Assembly: GCA_014728175.1 (NCBI GenBank)
Contig: WJMA01000054.1
Location: 71,673-135,672, forward strand
Length of the DNA stretch: 64,000 bases
Origin: Candidatus Fermentibacterota bacterium
Lineage (GTDB): Bacteria > Fermentibacterota > Fermentibacteria > Fermentibacterales > JCC-6
Direction of reading: 5' to 3'
The notes beneath the pieces are model-generated. The model made no database searches, had not been told where the DNA came from, and saw only the letters and a program-made list of their open reading frames with translations. Below are positions 9,726 to 18,985 of the stretch, in pieces. Both the position numbers and the translations under genes were made by a program. The first letter of the stretch is position 1; the number at the start of each line of letters is the position of its first letter.

Positions 9726-10712
9726 ATGATCCCAATACTGGCCTGCGTGGTTATGTTGTCCGTGTCGTTCTTGCCCCCCAGCATGGGGGAGGTCACCAAG
9801 GGCGACTTGGCCGACCTCTCCTATTTCGAGCTTCAGCTGATGAGGAACGAGCTGTACGCGAGGCACGGCTACCAGTTCATGACCCCCTGGCTGGCCGACC
9901 ACTTCGAGAGACAAGGCTGGTACAGCCCCGATCCCAGGTTCGCTCCCGGCAGAACCCGTCCCAGCCTGAGCAGGGCCGAGCAGTGGCTTCTGGATGCGAT
10001 CCTGGCCACCTCCGAAGGCCTGTGTCCCTCCGTTCTCAGGTGCTTCCACTCCCAGGTGGGAGACAGCATGCCTTACGAGTACTACCGCAGCGTATCTACC
10101 AGTCCCGTTCCGGGGGAGGCGATACCGGCCGAGTTCGGCGAGCATACGTGGGCCAACCTCGGCGTCTGGTCCTCACCGGTCACCAGCTCGTACGACGTCT
10201 TGCCCGATGAGATCTCCCGGCCCATCTTCGAGAGGTCGGACTCCGCCCTGAGGGCCCTGGACTCACTACCCCAAGACGCAATAAGAGAGATACAGATATC
10301 GGTGGAGGAAACCCTCAGCCTGCACCGGGTCTCCGATATCGTCTACAGGGTCTACCGCAGGCCGGATTCCAGCATCGCCAGGGTGGACGCGGTAAGTCTG
10401 GGAAGCGGCTACTGGCGCTCCTGGCTGGATCCGGTCGTGCTCTGGACTTCACGTTTTTCGCCCGACGGCGCCCTACGGCTGTTTCGTCCGGTGTACGGCG
10501 GCGGGGGATGGACCAGCAACGTATCGTTAGTCGCCTTCGACGGCCCGCCCGACAGCACTTTCGCCCGGTGCGTAATATCCGGGGACATGGAGCGAATAGA
10601 CATGCACGTCTACCACGGCCCCTACGAAAGCGTCCCCATGACCGTGAACCTCTACAGCGACGACCGCGACGGCATTCAAAGGTACCGGCAGCTTACCACG
10701 GATGAATCGTGA
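9726..10712 (+). CDS. Exported YARHG-domain protein
   Basis: Hydrophobic N-terminus MIPILACVVML followed by MRNELYARHGYQF...F....WY.P. Confidence 0.8.
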   Translation: MIPILACVVMLSVSFLPPSMGEVTKGDLADLSYFELQLMRNELYARHGYQFMTPWLADHFERQGWYSPDPRFAPGRTRPSLSRAEQWLLDAILATSEGLCPSVLRCFHSQVGDSMPYEYYRSVSTSPVPGEAIPAEFGEHTWANLGVWSSPVTSSYDVLPDEISRPIFERSDSALRALDSLPQDAIREIQISVEETLSLHRVSDIVYRVYRRPDSSIARVDAVSLGSGYWRSWLDPVVLWTSRFSPDGALRLFRPVYGGGGWTSNVSLVAFDGPPDSTFARCVISGDMERIDMHVYHGPYESVPMTVNLYSDDRDGIQRYRQLTTDES

Positions 10713-10724
10713 GATAATTCCGGC

Positions 10725-11873
10725 TTACCCATTCTCGGAAGGTTCCAGCTCGACGTGGGCCCTTTGCAACCAGTCCCTTACGGGAATGCCCTGGGGACAG
10801 CTTTCCTCGCACTGACCGCAACCATCGCAGGCCGGGGGCCTCTTGTCATCTCCGAGGAATTCGTACAGGCGCCTGGCCTCCACCGGATCGTCGAACATAC
10901 GCATTAGGTTCAGGTACTCGAAGATCCTGGGTATGGCCACCCCCCTGGGGCACGGCACGCAGTACCCGCAATAGGTGCAGCGAACGGCCGACCTGGCCAG
11001 GTAGGCTTTTCTGACCCTTTCCAGCAGCCGCAGCTCGTCGGCGGTCAGGCTTCCCCGGCCCGATCGATCGGCGCTGGCCAGATTCTCCCTCAGCTGCTGC
11101 ATGTCGCTCATTCCGCTGAGGACCACCGATACCTCCTCCTGGTTCCACAGCCACTGAAGCGCCCAGTCGGCCGGCGTTCGTTTATTGGCCGCCTTCTCGA
11201 AGAGGGCCTCTATCTCCGAAGGCGGCTTCCGCGCCAGCAGCCCCCCGCGCAGGGGCTCCATAACCATGACCGCGATGTCTCTCTCGGCGGCGTACTGAAC
11301 CCCGGCCCTACCCGCCTCGTAATCGATGTCCAGGTAGTTGTACATCAGCAAAACCGCTGCCCATCCCTCGTAGCAATCCACGATGTCTTTGAAGACATTG
11401 AAAGTATCGTGGAAAGAGAAGCCCAGGAAGCCGAACGCCCCGTCGGCCATTTTTCTCTCGGCCCAGTCCAGCACGCCCAGCTCTCGCAGCTTCTCCCATC
11501 GGCCCTCCGTAAGGCCGTGCAACAGGTAGAGGTCGATACGTTCGGTATCCAGGCGTTCCAGCTGCTCGTCCAGGTAGCGGTCGAAGTCGTAATCGTGCTC
11601 TACCTTCCAGCTGGGCATCTTGGTGACCAGCCGGACCCGGTTCCGGTAACCTTCGGTCAGCGCCCTTCCCAGAAAGGACTCACTCTCTCCCCCGTGGTAA
11701 GGGTAAGCCGTATCGACCAGGTTGACTCCCTGGTCTATGGCCGTACTTATCAAATCGGTCGCGCGGTCCTCGATTATTCCGGAAGGCTGGTCATCCTCGT
11801 GAGGGAGGCGCATGGCACCGAACCCCAGAACGGAGACCTCCCATCCCGTCCTGCCGAAGCGGCGGAACCTCAT
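10725..11873 (-). CDS. Aldo/keto reductase with C-terminal 4Fe-4S dicluster domain
   Basis: VSVLGFGAMRLP, DTAYPYH, TKMP, LLHG motifs; C-terminal CTYCGYCVPCP and CDGCGQCEESCP. Confidence 0.92.
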   Translation of the reverse strand: MRFRRFGRTGWEVSVLGFGAMRLPHEDDQPSGIIEDRATDLISTAIDQGVNLVDTAYPYHGGESESFLGRALTEGYRNRVRLVTKMPSWKVEHDYDFDRYLDEQLERLDTERIDLYLLHGLTEGRWEKLRELGVLDWAERKMADGAFGFLGFSFHDTFNVFKDIVDCYEGWAAVLLMYNYLDIDYEAGRAGVQYAAERDIAVMVMEPLRGGLLARKPPSEIEALFEKAANKRTPADWALQWLWNQEEVSVVLSGMSDMQQLRENLASADRSGRGSLTADELRLLERVRKAYLARSAVRCTYCGYCVPCPRGVAIPRIFEYLNLMRMFDDPVEARRLYEFLGDDKRPPACDGCGQCEESCPQGIPVRDWLQRAHVELEPSENG

Positions 11874-12943
11874 TTTGGAGTCTCGCTGCCGGACCCCTTG
11901 GCGGCCTTGAGTTTCCTGCCAGCCTCGACGCATTGGAGCTGCTCGCGCGCGTTGTCCGCTCTGCTGCAGTAGTGGGAGGCTTTGCCGTGGTAGCCCAGAT
12001 TATCGTAGATGGTCGCCAGGAGCTCGAAGGCGTTCATCACGCAGTTGAGGTCTCCCACCTTCTCTGCGGTATCCAGGCCTTTGACCGCATGCTTCAACGC
12101 CAGGTCCACCTGGCCTCTCCGCATGTAGATCTCGCCTACGTTAACTGTGAGGATGGCCAGATCCAGGTCGTAGCGTTTATCACCGGAGCCCAAAAGAACC
12201 CTCGCTCTCAGACAGAATCCCAGGGCGATGGACTGGTTGCCCATATCCATGTATACCCGGCCCATGTTGGCCAGGCACCGGGCGACCTGTTGGTGTTCTT
12301 CACGGATCTGTCTTATCTGCAGGGCCTCACCGAAGCTCTCCAGGGCTTCGCGATACCTGCCCAGACGCCTGTAACATACTCCGATGTTGTTCAAGGTGTT
12401 GGAGATGCTCATTGGACTGCAGTGCTCCCTTTTGAGCTTCAGGGCCCGGTGGTAATAGCCCAGGGCCAGCTCGGTATCCTCCAGATGCATGCAGATCCCA
12501 CCGATGTTGTTCAGAAGACCGGCGACAGCCTTGTCCAAACCCTGCCTCTGTCGTATCTCCAGCGCCCTCAGGTAGCTCTCCAAAGCCCTGTTCTGGTCTC
12601 CCAGGTGCCAGCAGCAAATGCCCAGGGTGTTCAAGGCCTTCGCTTCCTGGTCGGGCAGGTCGCAGTCCCTCACAATGAAGGCCGCCAACCGGGCGTACTT
12701 CCGGGCGGTCGTGAACTCGCCCGCTCTTCTGCTGCTCTCGGCCAGGGTGTTCAGAACGCCCACCTTGATGTCGGGTAAGTCGCTCTCTCGAATCAGGTTC
12801 AAAGCCTGGGAACCGCAGAAAATGGCCTTGTAATGATCATGCTCCGCCAGAAGGGAGGTCATCTGGGCCAGGATGCCGGCCTTCTCGGTCTTGTCTTCGG
12901 TCAGAGAGAGCTCTTCCTCGAGCCTCTGCAGTGTCTTGGGCAT
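11870..12943 (-). CDS. Tetratricopeptide repeat protein
   Basis: Repeated LNNIG...LG....AL.YY.RAL units of about 40 aa. Confidence 0.88.
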   Translation of the reverse strand: MPKTLQRLEEELSLTEDKTEKAGILAQMTSLLAEHDHYKAIFCGSQALNLIRESDLPDIKVGVLNTLAESSRRAGEFTTARKYARLAAFIVRDCDLPDQEAKALNTLGICCWHLGDQNRALESYLRALEIRQRQGLDKAVAGLLNNIGGICMHLEDTELALGYYHRALKLKREHCSPMSISNTLNNIGVCYRRLGRYREALESFGEALQIRQIREEHQQVARCLANMGRVYMDMGNQSIALGFCLRARVLLGSGDKRYDLDLAILTVNVGEIYMRRGQVDLALKHAVKGLDTAEKVGDLNCVMNAFELLATIYDNLGYHGKASHYCSRADNAREQLQCVEAGRKLKAAKGSGSETPK

Positions 12944-13173
12944 GAACGAAATCCCCCCCCGGTATTCGGAGTAGATACAATGTACGTAGAAATCGCACCA
13001 TACTCAAGTGCGCTTTTCGGACGAAGGTCGGGAATAATCCAACAAAGCCGTTACACCTCCGGTGGTCCTCCCCGCCCCGGTGATGTAAGTTGCAACGGAA
13101 GCCTGGACACCCAGCGGCGATTGTGTGAGCTTTTCTCTTCGTCGAGTGGGCAAAATCCGTAAGGTCCTTACAG

Positions 13174-14451
13174 ATGATAGAAGGCATTCTCAGACTGCGC
13201 GGCAGAATACTCAGGGCCGGCGTCCCCAGCCTGGTAAGCAGGGGAGCGGTAGTGGTCTGGGGGCTGTTCTCCATCCTGATAGTAAGAGCCCTTCCCAGAG
13301 ACGCCTACGCCGCTTACTCCATAGCCAGGAGCATCCAGTTCTTTGGAATCATGCTGGGTGGCGGCTTCGTGATGCAGGCCATAACCAAGTTCGTCGCCGA
13401 GGGGGTAACCGACCGGGAGAAAAGAATCACCAACGCCGGCATCGTGCTTTCCATGGGCATCGCCGTCTTGGTGGCGATGGTCATACTGGCGCTGGGCGGC
13501 ACCCTCAGGTCCTTCTACGCGCAGATAGACCTCCGCGGCATCCCCTGGGTGATAGCTCTGCTGGTGATAACCAGCACCGCCTCCACCCTGCCTCACAGCA
13601 TACTGGCGGCCAGGTACAGGATGGTGCGGATGATGGTGGCGGACGTCTCCTCCGTAGCCGTCCGGATCGGAATAGTTTCGATCCTGCTGCTGAGAGGAAG
13701 CTTAACCTCTCCCCTTCAGATCTTCGGGGCCATGATCTGCGGCAACGTTGTGGCCACGATAGTCGGAGGCCTCTTCGCCAGAAGGCATCTGTCCTTCCGG
13801 TTGCGTTTCCGCAGAAGGCATCTGGGCATGCTCTTCGGTTTCTCCGTGGTTACCCTGGGGGCCGGCTTGGCCAACACCGTTCACGCCAGAACGGACATCC
13901 TCCTCCTGGGAAGGCTCTCCGGCGAGCTCCAGACCTCCGGCTACGCTGCCTGCAGAACGCTGACCGCCCTGGTGGACAACCTTAACATGGCCGCCAAGAC
14001 CATAATGCTGCCCCTGATCTCCCGCATGTGGTCCCAGGGCCGAAAGGGAGAGATCGTACCCAGGGTGATGGGCGCCATTCTGATCATTTCCATGATACAG
14101 ATACCCGTGGTGGCGGTCTTCGCAGGATTCCCATCCGGCCTGCTCCGCGCGCTGTATGGTGGCAAGTACGACGCGGCGGCCCCCGTACTGATGATCCTGG
14201 GACTTCTGTCTCTGGCCAAGCCCTTCGGAAGCATGTTCGCCTGCATGTCGGTGGCGGTGGGAAAGCCCTCGTACACCCTCTACGTGATCACCGCCTCCGC
14301 CCTGGTCAACGTAGCTCTGAACCTGATGCTCATACCGCCCTACGGGGCGGTGGGAGCCGCGATAGCAACGACCGTCTCCGTGGTACTGGGAGCGGCGGTG
14401 ATAATCGTACTCTCGCTGCGCTACCTCAAACGGGCCCCTAACCAGCCCTGA
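13174..14451 (+). CDS. Oligosaccharide flippase (Wzx/MOP family)
   Basis: About 12 TM segments; RTDILLLG...GYAA, YGGKY..AAPVL and LNLMLIPPYGAVGAAIAT motifs. Confidence 0.85.
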   Translation: MIEGILRLRGRILRAGVPSLVSRGAVVVWGLFSILIVRALPRDAYAAYSIARSIQFFGIMLGGGFVMQAITKFVAEGVTDREKRITNAGIVLSMGIAVLVAMVILALGGTLRSFYAQIDLRGIPWVIALLVITSTASTLPHSILAARYRMVRMMVADVSSVAVRIGIVSILLLRGSLTSPLQIFGAMICGNVVATIVGGLFARRHLSFRLRFRRRHLGMLFGFSVVTLGAGLANTVHARTDILLLGRLSGELQTSGYAACRTLTALVDNLNMAAKTIMLPLISRMWSQGRKGEIVPRVMGAILIISMIQIPVVAVFAGFPSGLLRALYGGKYDAAAPVLMILGLLSLAKPFGSMFACMSVAVGKPSYTLYVITASALVNVALNLMLIPPYGAVGAAIATTVSVVLGAAVIIVLSLRYLKRAPNQP

Positions 14452-15382
14452 AACGCCTTTTCTTCCGTTGTCTCCAGGCCTTCGAGGCAAGCATCGGATG
14501 GGCAATGGCCTGCAGCAGCAGGCTAAGCCCCTGAGCCGTGCTGGGACTATCGCCTCGATGGCTGCCCAGGGCCAACCGGTACCGATGGTACTGGCAGTTA
14601 AGGAACAGGCTCGCTAACCTGGACCCTGCCACCTCCCTCTCCCTGGCCCAATGGAAAAGCGTGTTCCACAGCTTCAGTCCGGTCCGGTAAGGGTTATAGC
14701 CGGACAGGTACCTGTTCCCGGGATGAACCCTGCGGACCGCCACCGGCTCGTCCAGCCTTCCCGGAACCAGCCTGCAGAACTGCGCCAGCTGGATGGTCAT
14801 GGCAGTGTCCTGGTGAAGCCTCAGGCTCTCGAAGAACGAGCCGCTACGATCGAAGGCCTTTCGCCTCACCACCAGGCCGTTCAGATGAAAGGAACCCGAA
14901 TCACACGCTATCAGCAGGTCACATAGCTCTTCGGGCGGTACTTCGCGCTTCAACGTCGTAAGCTCCTCGAATCCCTGAGACCTCCACCTACGTGCGGACT
15001 CAGAGTCATCGAAGCGCACGGCGATCGCCTCGTAGACGCCGTCTATTCCCCGGTCTTCGGCGAACAGCGATTCGGCCACGCCGAAGCGTCCCTCCAGGTA
15101 GTAATCGTCCGCGTCCAGGAAGGCGACGAACGGGCTCTCCGCCTTTGCAATGCCCAGATTTCGGGAGGCTCCCGCGCCGTGATTGCCCCCGTCGGGGTGC
15201 CTGAGAAGGAGAACCCTGCGGTGTCGGCTCTCCAGACGTTTGCAAACCGCCAGGCTGCCATCTCTCGAGCCGTCCTCCACCAGGATAACCCGTTCGGTCT
15301 GGTTCTGCCCCAGAGCGGACCCCACCGCCTGCTCCAGGTAGTCCCGGGCGTTGTACACTGGAATGACTACGGTTACCTGCAA
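14438..15382 (-). CDS. Glycosyltransferase family 2
   Basis: VVIPVYN, VEDGSRD, GAGASRNLG and AFLDADD; TTG start at 15382 preceded by GGAGG. Confidence 0.9.
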   Translation of the reverse strand: MQVTVVIPVYNARDYLEQAVGSALGQNQTERVILVEDGSRDGSLAVCKRLESRHRRVLLLRHPDGGNHGAGASRNLGIAKAESPFVAFLDADDYYLEGRFGVAESLFAEDRGIDGVYEAIAVRFDDSESARRWRSQGFEELTTLKREVPPEELCDLLIACDSGSFHLNGLVVRRKAFDRSGSFFESLRLHQDTAMTIQLAQFCRLVPGRLDEPVAVRRVHPGNRYLSGYNPYRTGLKLWNTLFHWAREREVAGSRLASLFLNCQYHRYRLALGSHRGDSPSTAQGLSLLLQAIAHPMLASKAWRQRKKRRFRAG

Positions 15383-16608
15383 CGCGCCTCCGAGACCACT
15401 TCCCGATAAATCGCCTCCAGGCGGGACACTTGTTTTTTCAGATCGAACTCCTCCTCCACGCGCCTTCTTCCCGCGATACCTATGCGAGACCAGCACCCGG
15501 GATCGCGGGTCAGTTTCCTAACGGCCTCGGTAAGGGCCCCCACGTCTCTCTCAGGAACCAGCAGCCCGGACCGCCCGTCCTCAACCAGTTCGGGTATTCC
15601 GCTATGGGTGGTGGAAACTACCGGCATGCCCACGGCCATGGCCTCCATAAGCACCACCGGGATTCCTTCCTGGTCACCGCTCCTGGCGGTTACGCTGGGC
15701 GCCAGCAGAAGATGCGAGCTCCGGAGAAGCTTCAGCAACTCGTTTTGGGGCATCCACCCGGCGAAGGATATCCTGCCGGAGGAATCCAATCTGCGAGCCA
15801 ACTCCTCCAGATCCTCCCGGAGCTCACCGTCGCCTACGATCGTGTATCTCAGATCTACGCCTTCCTCGATAAGCGCTCCCACCGCCCTTATCCCGTACTC
15901 GATCCCCTTCTTCTCCACCAGCCGGGCCACGCTGACCAGCTCGACCGGTTGGCCCGGTCGAAGCGAACGCGCGGTGAACTCCAGCCTCTCGCAGTCCACT
16001 CCCATTCTGTGAACCCTGATCTTATCCGGAGGGCAGCCCATTTCGATCAGCCTCTTCCTCCAGTGCTCGCTCACCGGAAGGAACAGATCTCCCCTTTCGA
16101 ACAGGTACGAATAAACGTCCGAACCGTGCTCGCGAACGTAGGATGTCATATCGAAGCCGTGGAAGGATGTTACGACCGGGCCCACCGAGGCTCCCGCATC
16201 CCGGACCCGCACTCCCGGGTTTCCCAGCATTCCGTAGTGGCAGTGAAGAATGTCCCAGCTTCCCCGAAATCCCGACGCAAGGTACAGCAACCTGAGGGAG
16301 GCAGCCTCCCTACCGTACCGGAACACGTTTAGCGAATTGAGGATCAGCCCCGGATCATGGAAAAGCCCATCGGCAAGGCGAGCCATACCACCCCACAATC
16401 GAGCCGGAAGGTCCCGGGGACAAAACACCGGCCTGGCTCGGCGCAACAGACCGTAGGCCTCGACTTCCGGATGGTTCCTCGGATCCTTGCAGCTCATGGT
16501 GTGCCTGATGTCCACGGTATGGCCCAGATCGATCAACCCCGTGATCTGGTTGAGTATGAAGGTCTCCGACAGGGCAGGGAACCTTCTGAGAAGGAAGGCA
16601 ACTCTCAT
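15373..16608 (-). CDS. Glycosyltransferase family 4 (WcaL-like)
   Basis: FPALSETFILNQITGL, VARLVEKKG and EGIPVVLMEAMA motifs. Confidence 0.9.
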   Translation of the reverse strand: MRVAFLLRRFPALSETFILNQITGLIDLGHTVDIRHTMSCKDPRNHPEVEAYGLLRRARPVFCPRDLPARLWGGMARLADGLFHDPGLILNSLNVFRYGREAASLRLLYLASGFRGSWDILHCHYGMLGNPGVRVRDAGASVGPVVTSFHGFDMTSYVREHGSDVYSYLFERGDLFLPVSEHWRKRLIEMGCPPDKIRVHRMGVDCERLEFTARSLRPGQPVELVSVARLVEKKGIEYGIRAVGALIEEGVDLRYTIVGDGELREDLEELARRLDSSGRISFAGWMPQNELLKLLRSSHLLLAPSVTARSGDQEGIPVVLMEAMAVGMPVVSTTHSGIPELVEDGRSGLLVPERDVGALTEAVRKLTRDPGCWSRIGIAGRRRVEEEFDLKKQVSRLEAIYREVVSEARCR

Positions 16609-16659
16609 TTTACGCCCTCCTCTTCGGTCTACCGGGAACATCAACAGCTTGCTTGTCGA

Positions 16660-17967
16660 TCAGTACTCCTCCGTCTTCATCAGGGCGCGCATCCTGTTTG
16701 CCCTCAGCAGAACCAGCATACCCCCAAGCACCAGAACCGCCGAGGCGGCGAAAGACGTCCGGTAGGAGAACACCTGGGTAGCGCCCGACCCTATCAGAAG
16801 GTCCACTATCGGTCCGAAGATAAGCGTTCCGGCCAGCCCCCAGCTTAGGTAGAATGTGGCGTTGAACAGGGCGAACTGCTTTCCCCTGTGCCGTGGAGGT
16901 ATCAGTTTGGACGCATAGGAGTAGGCGGAGGCTCTCACCACCACCTGGGCCAGACCGTAGAGGAAGTTGCTTACAAAAATGGCCCACAGGACCCGGGACA
17001 GAGCGAAACCCAGCAGGCTCAGTATGGATACGATCGCTCCCGACATCAGGACCCTCTGGTCGTTGAACCAGTCGGTCAGCCTGCCGATGAGCAGCCCTCC
17101 CAGGCAGATGGCCACCGACCGCATGTTGACCACGTAGCTGAGCATGGTGCTGGAGACGTCGAATCCCTCGTCCAGCACCAGGTATTGGGTCTTAAGCAGG
17201 GTGACCCCGTTCTTGCCGAAATTCAGGAGTATCATGGCCACCAGGAACAGAAAATATACCTTGGAGTAGGAGGAAAGCTCCAGGATGCGTCCTCCGGGCT
17301 TGCCCCCTCCTTCGTCCTTCTTCGCTCCGGGGACACCTCCCTCGGGCAGGAAGAACATGGGTATGGTCGACAGAAGCATCACCCCCGAGGCTACGAAGAA
17401 CAGGAATCCCTCCTCGAATCCCCAGCCCTCGTAATACCTGGACATCCCGTCGTAGGCCAGCCCTCCGATCCATACCCCGATGATCCTCCCCGCACCGCCG
17501 ACGGTGAACAGCTTGCCCTGTATGCCGGCCCTCTTGTATCCCGGGTAGAGGTCTGACAACAGCGCCGTCCAGCTGACGTTGGACATCGACCAGAATATCT
17601 CCACCACGGTGAAGCCGATGATGATCGCGTATCCGGCCGTCCGGGGGCTCGCCGACCAGCTGTGGACCAGCCAAACCAGGAAGGTAATCACGGCCGCCGA
17701 TATCTCGCCCAGGATTATCAGCGTTCTCCGCTTCTGGTAGCGGTCGGAGACCACGCCCCACACGAACATCTGGAAGATGATATTGACCACCATGGGAAAG
17801 GCCGCGAAGAAGGTGGTCTCGGTGACGCTGAGCCCCAGATAGGCCCTCAGGTATATCGATAGATAGCTGTAGAAAAGACCCCGACGGAACATGGCCAGCG
17901 CCTGGAAGGAGGAAACTCCCAGGAAGGTCTTCCTGCCCGGGTCCACGTAGCCGTTGTCTCTGCTCAT
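16660..17967 (-). CDS. MFS transporter
   Basis: About 12 TM segments; motif A WGVVSDRYQKRR and GRLTDWFN. Confidence 0.85.
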   Translation of the reverse strand: MSRDNGYVDPGRKTFLGVSSFQALAMFRRGLFYSYLSIYLRAYLGLSVTETTFFAAFPMVVNIIFQMFVWGVVSDRYQKRRTLIILGEISAAVITFLVWLVHSWSASPRTAGYAIIIGFTVVEIFWSMSNVSWTALLSDLYPGYKRAGIQGKLFTVGGAGRIIGVWIGGLAYDGMSRYYEGWGFEEGFLFFVASGVMLLSTIPMFFLPEGGVPGAKKDEGGGKPGGRILELSSYSKVYFLFLVAMILLNFGKNGVTLLKTQYLVLDEGFDVSSTMLSYVVNMRSVAICLGGLLIGRLTDWFNDQRVLMSGAIVSILSLLGFALSRVLWAIFVSNFLYGLAQVVVRASAYSYASKLIPPRHRGKQFALFNATFYLSWGLAGTLIFGPIVDLLIGSGATQVFSYRTSFAASAVLVLGGMLVLLRANRMRALMKTEEY

Positions 17968-18171
17968 TGCCCCCCACCCTCGGAAGGATTCGGCAACCGC
18001 GTCCGGGCAGTATTCTAGAACGTGGGGTCAAAGGCAAGGAAGAGCCACTGATGAAGATGATCGAGTAAGGCTGAGATGGCCCGGGAAGCGCTCAGCAGTT
18101 GAGCTTGCCGACCGAAGGCGGCGCGGGCCATGTTACTCCAATTCGCTGCCGTTTTGATGAACGGAGGACGG

Positions 18172-18954
18172 ATGATCACCCGGTGCAGGCTTTGTGGGGC
18201 CGAAGAACTCAAGCTCTACTACACTCAGGGGGACCGAGACCAGTACGAGTACTACAGATGCCCCAGGTGCGGTCTGGTCAACTACGACCTCTCCGGTGGC
18301 CTGGATCAGGGTAAGTACGCGGAGAGGTACATCGACCCCCGGGAATCGGATCACAGACTGAACCGGCTGCAGACGGAGAGCTACCGCTTCCTGAAAAGCA
18401 ATGTCCCGGGACCGGGGCGCCTGCTGGAGGTGGGATGCGGAAACGGAAGGCTCTTGATGCTGGCCAGGGAGAACGGATGGGAAGTCCGGGGGCTGGAGCT
18501 CTCACCCTTTCTGGCCGAATCGGTTCGGCAACACCTGGGCATAGAAGTGGAAGTGGCCGACTTCATGAGCTACCAGCCGGAGGAGGAGTACGATCTAGTT
18601 GTGTTGAGGCACGTGCTGGAGCACCTCCCCGAACCCCTTGCCGCCATGGGCAAGATCCGCTCTCTGCTGAGATCCGAGGGTAACGCTTTGCTTGAGTTTC
18701 CCAACGTAGAGGGCTGGGAGCCCAGGTTCAAGCACTTCTTGCACCGCAGCGGGATACGCCGCATGAAGTACTCGCCCGATTACGTGCCCGGGCATTGCAA
18801 CGAGTTCTGTAGGTCATCCTTTGCGCTTCTGGTTCAGAAAACGGGATTCGAGTTGCAGAGATGGCTTACCTATTCCGACCGGCCCATTCTGGATCTTCCC
18901 TGCAGGCTCATCGGATGCGGCCGCAAGGTCCGGGCCCTGATCCGTAGGACCTAG
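18172..18954 (+). CDS. Class I SAM-dependent methyltransferase with N-terminal Zn-ribbon
   Basis: CRLCG...CPRCG, LLEVGCGNG and RHVLEHLPEP motifs. Confidence 0.88.
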   Translation: MITRCRLCGAEELKLYYTQGDRDQYEYYRCPRCGLVNYDLSGGLDQGKYAERYIDPRESDHRLNRLQTESYRFLKSNVPGPGRLLEVGCGNGRLLMLARENGWEVRGLELSPFLAESVRQHLGIEVEVADFMSYQPEEEYDLVVLRHVLEHLPEPLAAMGKIRSLLRSEGNALLEFPNVEGWEPRFKHFLHRSGIRRMKYSPDYVPGHCNEFCRSSFALLVQKTGFELQRWLTYSDRPILDLPCRLIGCGRKVRALIRRT

Positions 18955-18985
18955 GATTTCCGATCTTTAGCGACGAGCCTTTCGC

